Source: an uncultured Planctomycetaceae bacterium (GTDB lineage Bacteria; Planctomycetota; Planctomycetia; Planctomycetales; Planctomycetaceae). Taken from it: 64,000 nucleotides of DNA. Position 1 is the first letter of the stretch. Every line of letters begins with the position of its first letter. The DNA lies in NCBI GenBank assembly GCA_963813715.1, contig CAWFAK010000005.1, positions 1,056,001 to 1,120,000 of the forward strand, written 5' to 3'. The notes under the pieces were generated by a model. That model had not been told where the DNA came from, did not search any database, and worked only from the letters and a program-made list of their open reading frames with translations. This document shows, piece after piece, positions 62,908-64,000 of this stretch. A program made the translations under genes and the position numbers.

Positions 62908-63627
62908 TCAATCCCGTCCCGGTACCAGAAGAATTCTTTCACCACCAAGACACCAAGACACCAAGACACCAAGTAAAGGCCCACTGAGCGGATCGGGATT
63001 TCTTGGTGGGTTGGTAGTAACACCGCTCCGCTCATTGTCTCGCGTCCCCGTCCGGTTGTTCAAATCAATCCCGTCCCGTCCTTTCCCCCTCGCCCGGCCG
63101 CTTCGGCTGGGAGAGGGGCGGGGTGAGGGCCCAATTAATCCCGTCCCGATGTTCGTGTCCCGTCCTCGTCCCTGAATCAGTCCCGTCCCGGAGTCCGTTC
63201 CCTATCACCCCGGCGCCGGAGAGTGGACGAGGGGAGGGGCGATTTCGCCGGGATTTTCTCGGTGAAACAACGTGTCCCGTCCCGGCGTTGGTCCAAAGTC
63301 CCGGCGGTCCAAATTCCAAAGTCAAGATTGCGAGCATCTGATCTTCGACCTTGGACATTGGACGTTGGACCTTGGACTCGAACGGGAACGTGTCCCGATC
63401 TGGGCAAAGGCACCGCTTACTGGCGTGCGCGGCTCCTTAAGACAACTTGTCCGGGCCGGATCTCCGCTCACCGGTCGGACGCTGACCGGTGGGACTCTCG
63501 TCGGTGGGTCCACCCCCCTGATATCAATTGTGAGGGACCCGTCCCGGCGGGACCACTTTAAGGCGGACCCGGCGGGACAACTTGTCCCGGCGCGCCGCGT
63601 CTTCCCCCTCGCCCAGTCCGCTGGGAG
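62908..63627 (-). repeat. Second mosaic of the same non-coding modules, including an empty IS110 target hairpin (63085-63130) and CACCAAGA tandem (62943-62973)
   Basis: Reverse-complement matches to 30365-30413, 32069-32204 and 33873-34017; at least six GGGACGGGA copies. Confidence 0.85.

Positions 63628-64000
<373 letters not shown>

Noticed and set aside
31868..63627. Composite transposon or inversion bounded by the two inverted IS110 copies
   Set aside because: The interval is mostly core genes and each copy has its own REP target; nothing in the sequence shows joint mobility.

Overview
GC-rich bacterial DNA, most likely from a Planctomycete (inferred from a Minf_1886/TIGR04138-type PVC gene, a PQQ-propeller protein and the repeat families). 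Most of the window is housekeeping, envelope and signalling genes: LptD-like, dgkA, RluA family, rlmI, HesB/IscA, lysS, lolCE/lolD, rsmD, HU, csrA, tRNA-Glu, leuS, YfhO-like pair and a RedB-histidine kinase-response regulator module. Many genes, including lysS, are split by single indels, which I read as read or assembly errors. The accessory content lies in two hotspots, about 27.2-35.1 kb and 62.9-64 kb. (1) A complete 1.22-kb IS110 (IS621-like) element. Its left non-coding end folds into a bridge RNA whose guide segments match both the element's own circle junction (ACAGCCG-CT-TGTAT) and the REP-like hairpin it sits in (CCCGGCC-CT-CTCCC). A second copy occupies the same target motif at the window end, and an empty target lies at 63085-63130. 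(2) An IS4 element with an 11-bp target duplication inside a GGGACGGGACA motif. (3) A modular non-coding repeat unit built on GGGACGGGAC, shared by both hotspots, with an origin-like G/C skew switch in the host genes flanking the first hotspot. (4) A lone lower-GC PD-(D/E)XK/NERD-like nuclease gene. Two apparent pseudoenzymes are also present: a degenerate AroD-AroE fusion and an internally deleted inositol-phosphate-synthase homolog.
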